From an uncultured Chloroflexia bacterium (GTDB lineage: Bacteria; Chloroflexota; Limnocylindria; Limnocylindrales; CSP1-4), in NCBI GenBank assembly GCA_963844945.1, contig CAWJQZ010000059.1:377440-441439 (forward strand): a stretch of 64,000 nucleotides of DNA, in the 5' to 3' direction. The notes beneath the pieces were generated by a model, which was not told where the DNA came from, did no database searches, and worked only from the letters and a program-made list of their open reading frames with translations. Within the stretch, counting starts at the first letter, position 1. Every line of letters starts with the position of its first letter. The translations under genes were made by a program, and so were the position numbers. Positions 29,140 through 39,174 of this stretch are shown here, piece after piece.

Positions 29140-29970
29140 ATGGCCCGACCGTTCGTCTCGATCCTCACCGACTTCGGCGACCGCGACCCGTCCGCGGCGA
29201 TCTGCGCCGGCGTCGTCGTCTCCATCTGCCCCGACGCCCACGTGCTCGAGCTCACGCGGACGATCCGCCCGTTCGCGATCCGCGACGGCGCCGTCTCGCT
29301 CGCTGCCGCCGTCCCGTACCTGCCGGTCGGCGTGCACGTCGCCGTCGTCGATCCCGGGGTGGGGACGGAGCGCCTGCCGATCGCGATCCGCACGCGGCGC
29401 GGCGACATCCTCGTGGGCCCGGACAACGGGCTGCTGTCGCTCGCGGCCACCCGGCTCGGCGGCGCGGTGGAAGCGCGCGCGATCACCGACCCCGCCTACC
29501 ACCTCCCCGCCGTCACCTCGAGCTTCCATGGGCGCGACATCTTCGCGCCCGTGGCCGCGCACCTCGCGAGCGGGGTCGCCTTCGAGGCGCTGGGCCCGGC
29601 GATCTCCGTCGACGACCTGGTCCCGCTCCGGATCCCGGGCGTGGAGGTGCGTGCCGGCGAGCTCGCGACAGCCGTCGTCTACGTGGACGGGTTCGGCAAC
29701 ATCAAGCTCGCCGGCGGGCCGGCCGAGCTGGACGCGGCGCTCGGCGAGCTCGCGGACGGGACGACGCTCGAGGTCTCGTTCCCCGACGCTGCCGGTTCGC
29801 CCGTCACGGAGCGCGTCCCGTGGCAGGACACGTTCGGGCGCGTCCCGGTGGGCGCGCTCCTGCTGTACGAGGATTCGCTCGGCAGGCTCTGCATCGCCGA
29901 GAATCAGGGGAGCGCCGGGCGTCGCCTGGCGCTCACGGAGGACCGGCCGGTCGCGATCCGCCGGGCCTGA
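29140..29970 (+). CDS. SAM hydroxide adenosyltransferase family protein (DUF62, chlorinase/fluorinase-like)
   Basis: 276-aa ORF with ILTDFGDRDP, VAVVDPGVGTER, GPDNGLL and FHGRDIFAPVAAHLA, all hallmark segments of the DUF62 family. Confidence 0.8.
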   Translation: MARPFVSILTDFGDRDPSAAICAGVVVSICPDAHVLELTRTIRPFAIRDGAVSLAAAVPYLPVGVHVAVVDPGVGTERLPIAIRTRRGDILVGPDNGLLSLAATRLGGAVEARAITDPAYHLPAVTSSFHGRDIFAPVAAHLASGVAFEALGPAISVDDLVPLRIPGVEVRAGELATAVVYVDGFGNIKLAGGPAELDAALGELADGTTLEVSFPDAAGSPVTERVPWQDTFGRVPVGALLLYEDSLGRLCIAENQGSAGRRLALTEDRPVAIRRA

Positions 29971-30063
29971 CGGCGGGCGACGACCGTGGCCGCCCCGGCC
30001 CCCTTCCGCCGCGCCGCCGAACGCCTACACTCGCCCTGCGCCCCACGAGGAGGAGACCCCACG

Positions 30064-31053
30064 ATGCGCATCGCAGCAAAGCCCCTGGCACTCGCGTTCG
30101 CGACGATCCTCGTCGCAGCCGCGTGCTCGTCCGCGGCCACGCCCGCGCCTACCGCGGCACCGGCCACCGCGGCGCCAGCCACCGCGGCACCGGCGACACC
30201 GGCCCCCACGGAGGCCCCGTCCGCGACGGCCGCCCCCACGCAAGCCGCGCCCACGGAGAGCCCGCTCGCGTGCTCGCCCGACACCCTCCAGACGCTCACG
30301 GCCGGAACCCTGACCGTCGGCACGGACAACCCGGCATACCCGCCCTACTTCGAGCCCAGCGACACGAACACCGCCCCGTGGGAGATCGGTGACCCGACGA
30401 ACGGCAAGGGCTTCGAGAGCGCCGTCGCCTACGCCGTCGCGAACAAGCTCGGCTACGCGCCGGACAAGGTGACATGGGTGTACGTCCCGTTCACCAACGC
30501 CTATGCCCCCGGCGACAAGCCCTTCGACTTCGACATCAACCAGGTCTCGTGGAAGCCCGAGCGCGCCGCGACGGCCGACCTCTCCCGCGGCTACTACTTC
30601 GTCAGCCAGTCCGTGGTCGCCCTCAAGGACAGCCCGATCTCCAAGGTCACCACGATCTCCGGCCTCAAGCCGTTCCAGCTCGGCGCGATGGTGGGCACCA
30701 CGAGCTACGACACGATCGGCAACGTCGTCGCCCCGGACAAGGAGGCGATGGTCTACGACACGAACGACGCCGCGATCGAGGCGCTGAAGAACAAGCAGAT
30801 CGACGGCCTCGTCGTCGACCTCCCGACCGCCTTCTACATCACCGCGGCGCAGATGGACAACGGCGTCATCGTCGGCCAGTTCCCGCAGGCGACGGGCCAG
30901 GGCGAGTACTTCAGCCTCGTCCTCGGGAAGGGCAGCCCGCTCACGCCGTGCGTGGACCAGGCGGTCCTGTCCCTGCGCGCCGACGGCACGCTCGACCAGA
31001 TCACGCAGACCTGGCTTGCCGACAAGGCGAACGCCCCGGTCTTCCAGCCCTAG
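30064..31053 (+). CDS. Amino-acid ABC transporter substrate-binding lipoprotein
   Basis: ATG 30064 within ORF 29986..31053. Lipobox ILVAAACSS and an Ala/Pro/Thr linker, then family-3 SBP features ([40 protein letters not shown]). Confidence 0.8.
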   Translation: MRIAAKPLALAFATILVAAACSSAATPAPTAAPATAAPATAAPATPAPTEAPSATAAPTQAAPTESPLACSPDTLQTLTAGTLTVGTDNPAYPPYFEPSDTNTAPWEIGDPTNGKGFESAVAYAVANKLGYAPDKVTWVYVPFTNAYAPGDKPFDFDINQVSWKPERAATADLSRGYYFVSQSVVALKDSPISKVTTISGLKPFQLGAMVGTTSYDTIGNVVAPDKEAMVYDTNDAAIEALKNKQIDGLVVDLPTAFYITAAQMDNGVIVGQFPQATGQGEYFSLVLGKGSPLTPCVDQAVLSLRADGTLDQITQTWLADKANAPVFQP

Positions 31054-31077
31054 GTACCGCCCCGACAGGCCGGCCCC

Positions 31078-31962
31078 GTGGCCGGAACGCGCGAGCCCAG
31101 CGGCCCGGCGGCGCCCCAGGCGCCGCCGGGCCGCTCCACGCCCCGCGTCATCGGCCCGCCGCGCCTGGGCGACGCCGCGGAGTCCACGATCCTCGCGATC
31201 GTCAGCACCGTCATCGTCTTCGGGCTGCTGATCCTCATCGTCGTGAACGCGCCCGGGTGGCCGTCCGTGAAGGAGTCGTTCTTCAACGGCGCGGTCTTCT
31301 GGTCGTCCCTCCCGGCGATCGTCCGGTCGTTCTGGGTCAACGTCCAGCTCTTCGTCGTCAGCGAGATCCTCATCCTCGGGTTCGGCCTGCTCATCGCGGT
31401 CTTGCGCAGCCTGCCCGGCCCGGTCTTCCTCCCCGTCCGGATCATCGGGACGGTCTACGTGGACGTCTTCCGGGCCCTCCCGGGCGTCCTGGTCATCTAC
31501 ATCCTCGGCTTCGGGATCCCGGGCCTCGACCTCCCGGGCGTCCCGACCAGCCCGTTCTTCTACGCGGTCCTCGCGCTCACGCTCATCTACTCCGCCTACG
31601 TCTCCGAGGTCTACCGGGCCGGGATCGACTCTGTCCATCCGAGCCAGGACGCGGCAGCCCGGTCCCTGGGCCTGTCGCGCTTCCAGGCGCTGCGGTTCGT
31701 CATCCTCCCGCAGGCCGTCCGGCGCGTGATCCCGCCGCTGCTCAACGACTTCATCGGGCTGCAGAAGGACACCGTCCTCGTCTCGTACATCGGCGTGGTG
31801 GAGATCTTCCGGCAGTCGCAGATCAAGCAGGCGGCGACCTTCAACTTCACGCCGTACATCGCGACCGCCCTCGTCTTCATCGTCGTGACGATCCCGCTCG
31901 CCCGCCTCACCGACTGGCTGGTGGCGCGGGACCGGAAGCGCCAGATGGCGAGCGCCCGATGA
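31078..31962 (+). CDS. Amino-acid ABC transporter permease (His/Glu/Gln/Arg/opine family)
   Basis: 294-aa ORF with multiple TM helices and the EAA-type loop [40 protein letters not shown]. Confidence 0.85.
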   Translation: MAGTREPSGPAAPQAPPGRSTPRVIGPPRLGDAAESTILAIVSTVIVFGLLILIVVNAPGWPSVKESFFNGAVFWSSLPAIVRSFWVNVQLFVVSEILILGFGLLIAVLRSLPGPVFLPVRIIGTVYVDVFRALPGVLVIYILGFGIPGLDLPGVPTSPFFYAVLALTLIYSAYVSEVYRAGIDSVHPSQDAAARSLGLSRFQALRFVILPQAVRRVIPPLLNDFIGLQKDTVLVSYIGVVEIFRQSQIKQAATFNFTPYIATALVFIVVTIPLARLTDWLVARDRKRQMASAR

Positions 31963-32828
31963 CCGAAGCGCGCGCGCGCGACCTCGGGCGCGCCGAGGAC
32001 GCCCCCGAGGTCCTCCGCCTCGAGGGGATCCGCAAGGCGTACGCGAAGCTCGAGGTGCTCCGCGGGATCGATCTCGTCGTGCGCCGCCACGAGGTGGTCT
32101 GCCTCATCGGGGCGTCCGGGTCGGGGAAGTCCACGCTCCTGCGCTGCGTCAACCTCATCGAGCCGGTCGACGCGGGGCGCGTCTTCATCGAGGGGACGGA
32201 GATCACCGCCCCGAACGTGAACGTGGACCGCGTTCGCCGGCGGATCGGGATCGTCTACCAGGCGTTCAACCTCTTCCCGCACATGTCGGTCCTCGACAAC
32301 GTCTCCCTCGCTCCACGGAAGGTGCTGAAGGTGCCGCGGGCGAAGGCGGAGGCCGACGCACTCGCCCTCCTCGACCGGTTCGGCCTCGCGGAGAAGGCGA
32401 AGGAGTACCCCGACCGGCTCTCCGGCGGCCAGCAGCAGCGCGTCGCGATCGTCCGCGCCCTCGCGATGGACCCGGACCTCCTCCTCCTCGACGAGGTGAC
32501 GAGCGCCCTCGACCCGGAGCTCGTGGCGGAGGTCCTCGGCGTGATCCGCGAGCTCGCGCGGGGCGGGATGACGATGGTCATCGCGACGCACGAGATGGGC
32601 TTCGCAAGGGACAGCGCCGACCGCGTGTGCTTCCTCGACGAGGGGCGGATCCTCGAGGAGGGGCCGCCCGACGCGATCTTCCGGCATCCGAAGGAGGAGC
32701 GGACCCGCAGGTTCCTCCAGCGGGTCATCGAGGCGGGCAGGCTCGCCGGAGGCCCGGCGATCGGTGCGGCGCTCGACCCTGACGGACCGCCCGAACGGGA
32801 CCCGGAGGCCGACCGGGCCGCGGGCTGA
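31959..32828 (+). CDS. Amino-acid ABC transporter ATP-binding protein
   Basis: ATG 31959 overlaps the permease stop (ATGA). Walker [15 protein letters not shown]-loop [13 protein letters not shown], signature [16 protein letters not shown] and Walker [13 protein letters not shown]. Confidence 0.9.
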   Translation: MTEARARDLGRAEDAPEVLRLEGIRKAYAKLEVLRGIDLVVRRHEVVCLIGASGSGKSTLLRCVNLIEPVDAGRVFIEGTEITAPNVNVDRVRRRIGIVYQAFNLFPHMSVLDNVSLAPRKVLKVPRAKAEADALALLDRFGLAEKAKEYPDRLSGGQQQRVAIVRALAMDPDLLLLDEVTSALDPELVAEVLGVIRELARGGMTMVIATHEMGFARDSADRVCFLDEGRILEEGPPDAIFRHPKEERTRRFLQRVIEAGRLAGGPAIGAALDPDGPPERDPEADRAAG

Positions 32829-32855
32829 CCCGGCCGCACGCTCGCCCGCGCGACG

Positions 32856-33668
32856 CTACCGCCGGCAGGCCTCGACGAACGCCGCCCAGAGCCGCTCGAG
32901 CTCCTGTGGCGTGGACTCGGTGCGCTCGGGGTGGCACTGGACGCCGGCGACGAAGCGCGCGCCGTCGAGCTCGAACGCCTCGACGATCTCCCCCTCGGGG
33001 CTCTCCGCCCATCCGCACGCACGGAGTCCGGGCGCGAGGTCGGACTCCCGGACAGCCTGGTGGTGGTACGAGTTCACGACGAGCGACGGGTCGCCCTGCG
33101 GGCCGACCCCGGCCGCGGCGCCCGGGTCGTCGCCCGGCGGCTCCGCGCCGACGTCGGCATCGGCGCCCGGGGCTGCGTTCGCGAGTAGCCCGCCCACGCG
33201 TGAGGCCGGGTCGTAGCGCATCGGGTGCGTCGCGGCCGGTCCGTGACCCCAGCCCGGTCCCGCGTGGCCGTCGACGTGCTGGAGCAGCGTCCCGCCGGCG
33301 AAGACGTTGATCGCCTGGAAGCCGCGGCAGATGCCCAGGACGGGGATGCCGCGGATCGCGGCGGCCGCCCATGCCTCCGCCTCCAGCGCGTCCCGGTCGT
33401 GCTCGATGTCCCGCGATCCCGCGCCCGGGTGTCCGTAACGCGACGGGTGGATGTCCGTGCCGCCGGTCAGGAGCAGCCCGTCCATCGCGGCGAACGCGGC
33501 GTCGCGCTCCATCTGGTCGGCGGTCGCGTCGAGCAGGACGGGGATCGCCCCGTGGCGCCGCACACCGTCCGCGTACAGCTCGTGCTTGCGGGCGGCGATG
33601 TCGGGCTCGGCCTGCGCCGCGGCCACCGACACGGTGAGGACGATCCGGGGGGCCGGGATGGTGCGCAC
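32856..33668 (-). CDS. Class I glutamine amidotransferase / gamma-glutamyl hydrolase (peptidase C26, PuuD-like)
   Basis: 270-aa ORF with nucleophile elbow GICRGFQAINV, then NSYHHQAV and VQCHPE. Confidence 0.8.
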   Translation of the reverse strand: MRTIPAPRIVLTVSVAAAQAEPDIAARKHELYADGVRRHGAIPVLLDATADQMERDAAFAAMDGLLLTGGTDIHPSRYGHPGAGSRDIEHDRDALEAEAWAAAAIRGIPVLGICRGFQAINVFAGGTLLQHVDGHAGPGWGHGPAATHPMRYDPASRVGGLLANAAPGADADVGAEPPGDDPGAAAGVGPQGDPSLVVNSYHHQAVRESDLAPGLRACGWAESPEGEIVEAFELDGARFVAGVQCHPERTESTPQELERLWAAFVEACRR

Positions 33669-33743
33669 GCGGGGAGGATACCGCCCGCCGCCATCCGGTC
33701 CCGGCCTCGACGGGACGTCCGGCCTCGGCGGCCTCTGCGCGCC

Positions 33744-36740
33744 TCAGCCGGACGTGGTCGAGTAGATGAGCTCCTCCACGGTCGTCGTCTCGGACTCGAC
33801 GCGTGTCGGTCCGGTCGGCTCGAACGCGTCGGCGATCGACGCGCTCTCCGAGGCCGTCGCGATGCGGTCGCCGCCGATGGCCTTGGCGTAGAAGGAGCCG
33901 CGGGAGGCGATGTCGACGAGCACGTCCGCTGTCGCGGCATCGGCCGGGAAGGCGGCCGTCCCGATGGACGCGGAGACCCGCGGGCGCGCGCCGCCCTGCG
34001 CGCGGGCCGGCGGCTCTACGGCCGCGACGGCCGCGCGCACCCGCTCGGCCACGTTGCGCGCGCCATCCGCGTCGGTGTGCGGCAGGAGGACGCAGAACTC
34101 GTCCCCGCCGAAGCGGAAGACATCGTCCGCCTCACGGGCCGCGGACCGGATGGCCGCCGCCACGCGACGCAGGACCAGGTTGCCTCCCTGGTACAGGTAG
34201 GCGGAGTTCACCGCCTTGAACCCGTCGAGGTCGATCACCAGGAGGCTGAAGCGGTCGCCGGCGCGCGCGAGCTCGACGAGCTTCTCGCGGAACGACGCGT
34301 AGTTGAGGAGGCCGGTCAGCCCGTCGGTCTCCGCGCGGACGCGGGCTGCGCGGTAGTGCTCGGCGTTGCGGAGGGCGACGGAGACCTGGCCGGCGAACAG
34401 GCGGACCAGCTCCAGGTCGTCCTCCCCGTACCGGCTCTCGGTGCCGAGGCGCTCCACGGTCAGGACGCCCACGACCCCCGACGGCCCCCGGAGCGGCGCG
34501 CAGATGATGCTCCCGTCGATGGGGCCCTGCTCCGGCGACTGCGCGACGCGCGGATCGCCACGCTCGTCGACCACGAGCTCCGGCTCCGCGTGATCGACCA
34601 CCCAGGTCGCGAGGCCCTGCTCGCCCGGCTGCCAGGGAGCCAGGTAGTACTCGGCGTCCACCCCGCGAGCGACGATCGGGCGGAGCGTCCCCGTCCGCGG
34701 GTCGACGAGCTCGATCGCGAGGTTGTCGTACGAGACGAGCTCGCCGAGTCGCTCGGTGATCCCGTCGAGGATCGCCCGCGCGTCGAGCGTCGTGAGGAGC
34801 GACTCGTTGATCTGGAGCAGGGCGCGCTGGCTCAGGACCCGGCGCTCGAGCGCCTCCGTCTGCCGTCGGAGACGCTCGGTCGCCTCCGCCGTCGCGATCG
34901 CCTGCGCGGCGGCGTTGGAGAAGATGACGAGGAGGCGCAGGTCGCTCTCCGTGAACTGGTCGATGCCGAGCTTCGAGAGGACGATGACGCCCAGGACGTG
35001 GCCCTCGAAGACCATCGGCGCGAGGAGCATCGACTCCTCGATCTCCTCGGTGCCGGTGATCGTGATCGTCCGGGGGTCCGCCTCCGCGTCCGGCAGGTAC
35101 TGCGGGATGCCGTGCTTCGCGACCCAGCCCGTGATCCCCTCGCCGACCTTGACGCGGAGCGCCTCCTCGCTCTCGTCGGTGTACTCGCCCACCTTCCCGC
35201 GGAGCGAGATCGGCGCGAGGTCCTGGTCGTGTTTCAGGTAGACGCGGACGTTGTGGAAGTCGATGAGTCGTTCGATCTCCGCGACGATCGCCGTCCCGAT
35301 CTCGGACGCGGAGCTGAGGCGCCCCAGCTCGCCGCCGAGGTGCTGGATCGACTGCAGCTGCGCCGCCCACGACTCCGTCCGCCGGAAGTTCTCCGCGTTG
35401 CGGATCGAGACGGACGCCTGGGCCGCGAACGCCGCGAGCGTCTCGAGGTCCTCGTCCGACCACGGGTGGGCGATGTCGTGGTAGAGGTTCAGGACGCCGA
35501 TCGGCTCCACGCCGTCGTGCAGCGGTGCGGAGCAGATCGTGTCGATCCCCTCGGCGAGCAGCTCGTCGCGCTGAAACTCGCCGCCCGGGTCGTCGAAGTA
35601 GCGGATCGCGTGGATGGGGTGCTGCTCGCGCATCGCCCGCGTCGGGACGGACCAGGCGTGGAAGACCGTGATCGTCCGGAGGAAGTCCGGTGAGAGACGC
35701 CGGGCGAGCGGGACCTGGAGCCGGCCCCCGGGGCGGCCCAGGAGGATCGCGGCGCGGTCGGCGCCGAACAGCGCCATGGCGTGGTCGAGGATCGACTCGA
35801 GGATCCGGTCGAAGTCGAGCTCGCTCGCGAGCTCGTTCGCGGCACGGCGGAGCGCCTCCGCGCGCTGGCGGCCGCGCGTCGCCTCGTCCACGACCCGAGC
35901 GGTGCGGACGGCTCCGCCCACGACCGACGCGATCGCCGGCAGCAGCGCAGGATGCGCATCGGACGTCGCGGTCCCCGCGACGTCCGCGAGGACGAGGACG
36001 CCCCAGGGCGAGGTCGTCCCGGGGACCGCGACCGCGGTGGCGACGCGCGCTCGACGATCCTCGCCGAGCCATGCCGCGCCGGCTCCCGTCGCCACCTCGG
36101 AGATCACCTCGCCATCGCGGTAGGCGCGTGCGGGCAGCGAGTCCCCGGAGATCAGGACGGGGAGAGGGGTCGGATCGCCGGCGGACGCCCGCACGACGAG
36201 CCGGTCGCCTTCCGGCGCCAGGATCGCGACGATCGCGTAGCCGTGCCGCGCGCGGAGGATGCGGACGATCCGTGCGAGCGTGCCGTCCAGGCCGGAGGGT
36301 GCGGCGTCCCGGCCGAGCAGCGCAGCCACGGTCTCGAGCTCGTCCTGGAGGAGCCTCTCCGCGGAGGCATCGGGCCCGGCGGCGACCGGCGCCGGCTTCT
36401 CGGGCACGGGCCGGTCGGGCCGTGACGACGCGGTCCCGGCGGCGCCCGGCCGGCTGGGGGCCTCGGCGGGGCCGGAGCCCTCGGCGGGGCCGGAGCCCTC
36501 GGGCTCCGCCGCGCGCGGCTCGATGGCGGGGATCCCGACAGCCGGCATCTCGGCGGCATCGAGGAACGCGTCGAGATCGGCGCGCCTGTAGCGGCGATCG
36601 CCACGACTGTTGATCCGATACGAGCGGATCCTCCCCGCGTCACTCCACGCGCGGAGCGTGTTCGGGTGGACGCCGAGCACGCGGGCTGCGTCAGTGACCG
36701 AGAGGGTCGCCTCCGGTCCGTTCATCTCGCCTGCCTGCAC
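33744..36740 (-). CDS. Multidomain signalling protein: MerR/excisionase-type HTH + several GAF domains + GGDEF diguanylate cyclase
   Basis: Intact 998-aa ORF (start at GTG 36740 or ATG 36725). N-terminal LSVTDAARVLGVHPNTLRAWSDAGRIRSYR, repeated GAF-like blocks, and C-terminal TDGLTGLLNYASF...LVIDLDGFKAVN...VFRFGGDEFCVLL. Confidence 0.85.
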   Translation of the reverse strand: MQAGEMNGPEATLSVTDAARVLGVHPNTLRAWSDAGRIRSYRINSRGDRRYRRADLDAFLDAAEMPAVGIPAIEPRAAEPEGSGPAEGSGPAEAPSRPGAAGTASSRPDRPVPEKPAPVAAGPDASAERLLQDELETVAALLGRDAAPSGLDGTLARIVRILRARHGYAIVAILAPEGDRLVVRASAGDPTPLPVLISGDSLPARAYRDGEVISEVATGAGAAWLGEDRRARVATAVAVPGTTSPWGVLVLADVAGTATSDAHPALLPAIASVVGGAVRTARVVDEATRGRQRAEALRRAANELASELDFDRILESILDHAMALFGADRAAILLGRPGGRLQVPLARRLSPDFLRTITVFHAWSVPTRAMREQHPIHAIRYFDDPGGEFQRDELLAEGIDTICSAPLHDGVEPIGVLNLYHDIAHPWSDEDLETLAAFAAQASVSIRNAENFRRTESWAAQLQSIQHLGGELGRLSSASEIGTAIVAEIERLIDFHNVRVYLKHDQDLAPISLRGKVGEYTDESEEALRVKVGEGITGWVAKHGIPQYLPDAEADPRTITITGTEEIEESMLLAPMVFEGHVLGVIVLSKLGIDQFTESDLRLLVIFSNAAAQAIATAEATERLRRQTEALERRVLSQRALLQINESLLTTLDARAILDGITERLGELVSYDNLAIELVDPRTGTLRPIVARGVDAEYYLAPWQPGEQGLATWVVDHAEPELVVDERGDPRVAQSPEQGPIDGSIICAPLRGPSGVVGVLTVERLGTESRYGEDDLELVRLFAGQVSVALRNAEHYRAARVRAETDGLTGLLNYASFREKLVELARAGDRFSLLVIDLDGFKAVNSAYLYQGGNLVLRRVAAAIRSAAREADDVFRFGGDEFCVLLPHTDADGARNVAERVRAAVAAVEPPARAQGGARPRVSASIGTAAFPADAATADVLVDIASRGSFYAKAIGGDRIATASESASIADAFEPTGPTRVESETTTVEELIYSTTSG

Positions 36741-36868
36741 CGCCCCCCACGTGACTTGGTGTCGGTTCTCGACGACCGAGACTATCCAACACCTACCAGA
36801 ACCTCACCATGGCCCATAAGTACCGGTCCCGCAGACGGCGCTTCGCGAGCAGGCAGGGTGGCTGTCGC

Positions 36869-37891
36869 CTATCGGGCCTTCGGGTCGGCGGTGCGCACGG
36901 AGGGCTCGGCGTCGAAGACGTCCAGCCGGCGGATCACGTGGGCGTACCCATACCTGATCTTGAACGGCGCGTGGAGCTCCAGGTGGAGGTGCGGCGGCGT
37001 CCCGGCCGCGTTCCCGGTCTTCCCGGTCTTCCCGACGAGGTCACCCCGCTCCACCGTATCGCCGATCTTCACCTTCGTCGTGGAGAGGTGCGCGAGGATG
37101 ACCGTGTAGCCCGGGCTGGTGGGCTCGGTGCTCTCGATGACGACCACCTTCCCGTACCGCGCCGGGTCCCACGGCTTCCAGCGCTTCGCCGGGTCGACGA
37201 CCTTCCCCGAGAACGGCGCGTAGACCGGTGTGCCGAGCTTCACCAGGAGATCCAGCCCGCCGTGTGCCCGCAGGTACGTCCCGTCCGGGGCGACCCCGCG
37301 GATCTGCTCGTACGGACGGGCGGGGCCGTCGCGCGGGACGCGCCACCCGGCGCCGTACGCGTACTTCGCGGTCGCCGGCAGGGGGAAGGCCATCGGCACG
37401 ACCGTCCCGCGGACCTTGAACCCGGCAGCCGTCGTCGGCGCCGCTCCGTCGGGTGCGGTGGGCGCCGGTGAGGCCGCCGCGGTCGCTCCCGACGGCGAGG
37501 CCGTGCCGTCGGCCGCCGCCGCCCCGGCGGACGATGATGCGGCGGGGGTCGGCGTCGCTGCGGCCGCGCCGGCCGCCGTGGCCGTCGGAGCCGTGCAGAT
37601 CCCCGTGGACGCGAGAGGAGCCGGCGTCGCGCACGAGGATGCCGACGGCCCGACGAGGCCCGTCAGCGCCCCAGCCGGCCACGCGGGCGAGGATGTCGCC
37701 GTCGTCGCCGCCGCGGCGCCGTCCGTTCGTCCGCCGCCGGGGCCCAGGAGGGCGATGCCGGCGAGCATCCCTGCCCCGAGGACGATGGCGACGACGGCGA
37801 TCGCCGCGACCCGCCGTGTCCCGGGACCGGCTGCGCGGCGCGAGGCCGGCGCAGGACCCGGGGAGGGGGAGGGCTCCATCGGCCCGGTCAT
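36869..37891 (-). CDS. M23-family metallopeptidase (secreted/membrane anchored)
   Basis: 340-aa ORF with an N-terminal TM segment (VAAIAVVAIVLGAGMLAGIALLG), an Ala/Thr/Pro-rich linker, and the M23 core HGGLDLLVKLGTPVYAPFSGKV...GYTVILAHLS...PPHLHLELH. Confidence 0.8.
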   Translation of the reverse strand: MTGPMEPSPSPGPAPASRRAAGPGTRRVAAIAVVAIVLGAGMLAGIALLGPGGGRTDGAAAATTATSSPAWPAGALTGLVGPSASSCATPAPLASTGICTAPTATAAGAAAATPTPAASSSAGAAAADGTASPSGATAAASPAPTAPDGAAPTTAAGFKVRGTVVPMAFPLPATAKYAYGAGWRVPRDGPARPYEQIRGVAPDGTYLRAHGGLDLLVKLGTPVYAPFSGKVVDPAKRWKPWDPARYGKVVVIESTEPTSPGYTVILAHLSTTKVKIGDTVERGDLVGKTGKTGNAAGTPPHLHLELHAPFKIRYGYAHVIRRLDVFDAEPSVRTADPKAR

Positions 37892-38211
37892 CGCGGCGCC
37901 GCCGAGCTGCTGGTGAGGCGGACGTACGCGAGCGTGGCGGCCGCGCTGGCTGCGCCGATCGCGAGGACGATGCCGACCGCGACGAGCGGCGCGCCGGCGA
38001 GGCCGGCGCCTTCGCCCGAGCTCCGGGTGTCACCCGCCTCCGGCGCGGCCGTGGCGGTCGTGGACGCCGCCGGCGACGCGCCCGCCGCGCGGGCGATGCC
38101 CGGCACGATCCCCGGCGCCGCCACGAACGGCGCGAGGGACGTCAGCGTGACGGCGAGGGCGAGCGCGGCAGCCGCGGGGCGGCCGGCCAGGGGGGAGAGA
38201 GGAGTGCGCAC
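37888..38211 (-). CDS. Small secreted protein with C-terminal membrane anchor
   Basis: 107-aa ORF with a signal-like N-terminus, a low-complexity middle and a C-terminal helix LVAVGIVLAIGAASAAATLAYV. The stop overlaps the M23 start. Confidence 0.45.
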   Translation of the reverse strand: MRTPLSPLAGRPAAAALALAVTLTSLAPFVAAPGIVPGIARAAGASPAASTTATAAPEAGDTRSSGEGAGLAGAPLVAVGIVLAIGAASAAATLAYVRLTSSSAAPR

Positions 38212-38220
38212 CGGGGGAGC

Positions 38221-38961
38221 CTAGACCAGGCCGCCGATGAGCGCCGCGAGGACGCCGATGACGATGGCGACCGGTCCGGCGACCAGGAGCGAGGTGGCGG
38301 CCGACGCCCGGCCGCGCCGGCCCTCGGCGAGGACGCGCATCGCCTCGTCGCGCTCGAGCGTCGAGAGGACGAGCGGCCGGCCGGTGCCCGGGACCATGCC
38401 CACGCCGCTCGCGACCGGTCGCGGGCACCCCAGCACCGTCGCGTGCTCCACGGACGAGACCTGCTCGATCCGGAGCCTGACGGTCGCGTCCGGCGGGGTG
38501 CCCGTCGGCAGGCGTCCGGGGATCTCGCTCGCCCGCCCGGTCGACTCGCGCGGCAGGACGACGAGCCCGAGGCCGAGGTGCGCCGGGTCGATCGCGAGAG
38601 AGGTGGCGCCCGCGTCGATGGAGAAGGGGACGCTCTCCACGGTCTCCTCGACGGTCCGCCACCGGCCCTCCGAACGGACCTGGAGCCGCCGGCGCCGGTA
38701 GACGAGCGGCCGGTCGTTCTCGTCGGTGAACTCCTCGACGGCATCGATCCGTCCCTCGACCCCCACGTAGCGCTCGTCGCTGGACGCGGCGATCGCGACG
38801 GCCTCGTCGAGGCCCACGCGCGGCGTGACGGAGAGGAGGCGGCCGACGCGCATGCCCGGACCGAACGAGCGGAGCACCAGGAGGCCGCCGACGGTCGCGA
38901 CGAGGCCGAGGACGACGAGGACGAGGGCGAGCACGGGCCCGGATGGTACCGCGCCGGACAT
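38221..38961 (-). CDS. Two-TM membrane protein, GIDE-like topology (hypothetical)
   Basis: 246-aa ORF with an N-terminal TM (VLALVLVVLGLVATVGGLLVL), a soluble middle and a C-terminal TM (LLVAGPVAIVIGVLAALIGGLV). The resemblance to GIDE-type proteins is impression only. Confidence 0.55.
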   Translation of the reverse strand: MSGAVPSGPVLALVLVVLGLVATVGGLLVLRSFGPGMRVGRLLSVTPRVGLDEAVAIAASSDERYVGVEGRIDAVEEFTDENDRPLVYRRRRLQVRSEGRWRTVEETVESVPFSIDAGATSLAIDPAHLGLGLVVLPRESTGRASEIPGRLPTGTPPDATVRLRIEQVSSVEHATVLGCPRPVASGVGMVPGTGRPLVLSTLERDEAMRVLAEGRRGRASAATSLLVAGPVAIVIGVLAALIGGLV

Positions 38962-39047
38962 GAAGAGGCCCGGAGGAACCTCACCGCCGCGTCGGCGTTG
39001 ATGTCATCGCCGCCCTCAGCAGCGCCCGGCCCCTCCGGACCTCCTTC

Positions 39048-39076
39048 CACGCTAGACCGGGCACCCGCGGCGGTCA
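39048..39076 (-). promoter_or_regulatory. Candidate sigma-70-type promoter for the 38961 gene cluster
   Basis: The minus strand reads TTGACC - 17 nt - TAGCGT, about 87 nt upstream of the ATG at 38961. Motif match only. Confidence 0.3.
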
Positions 39077-39146
39077 ACGCCACTTATCCACCATCGTCGC
39101 GCTTGACGTGCCGTGGAGACGCGTCCCGTCCACAGGGTTTCCACAA

Positions 39147-39168
39147 CCCGGTGCGGGCGCGCACCGGG
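39147..39168 (-). terminator. GC-rich hairpin just downstream of the 39175 gene
   Basis: cccggtgcg-ggcg-cgcaccggg (9-bp stem, 4-nt loop), 7 nt after the stop codon. On the minus strand it is followed by TTGTGG, a weak U-tract. Confidence 0.4.
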
Positions 39169-39174
39169 GGTAGC

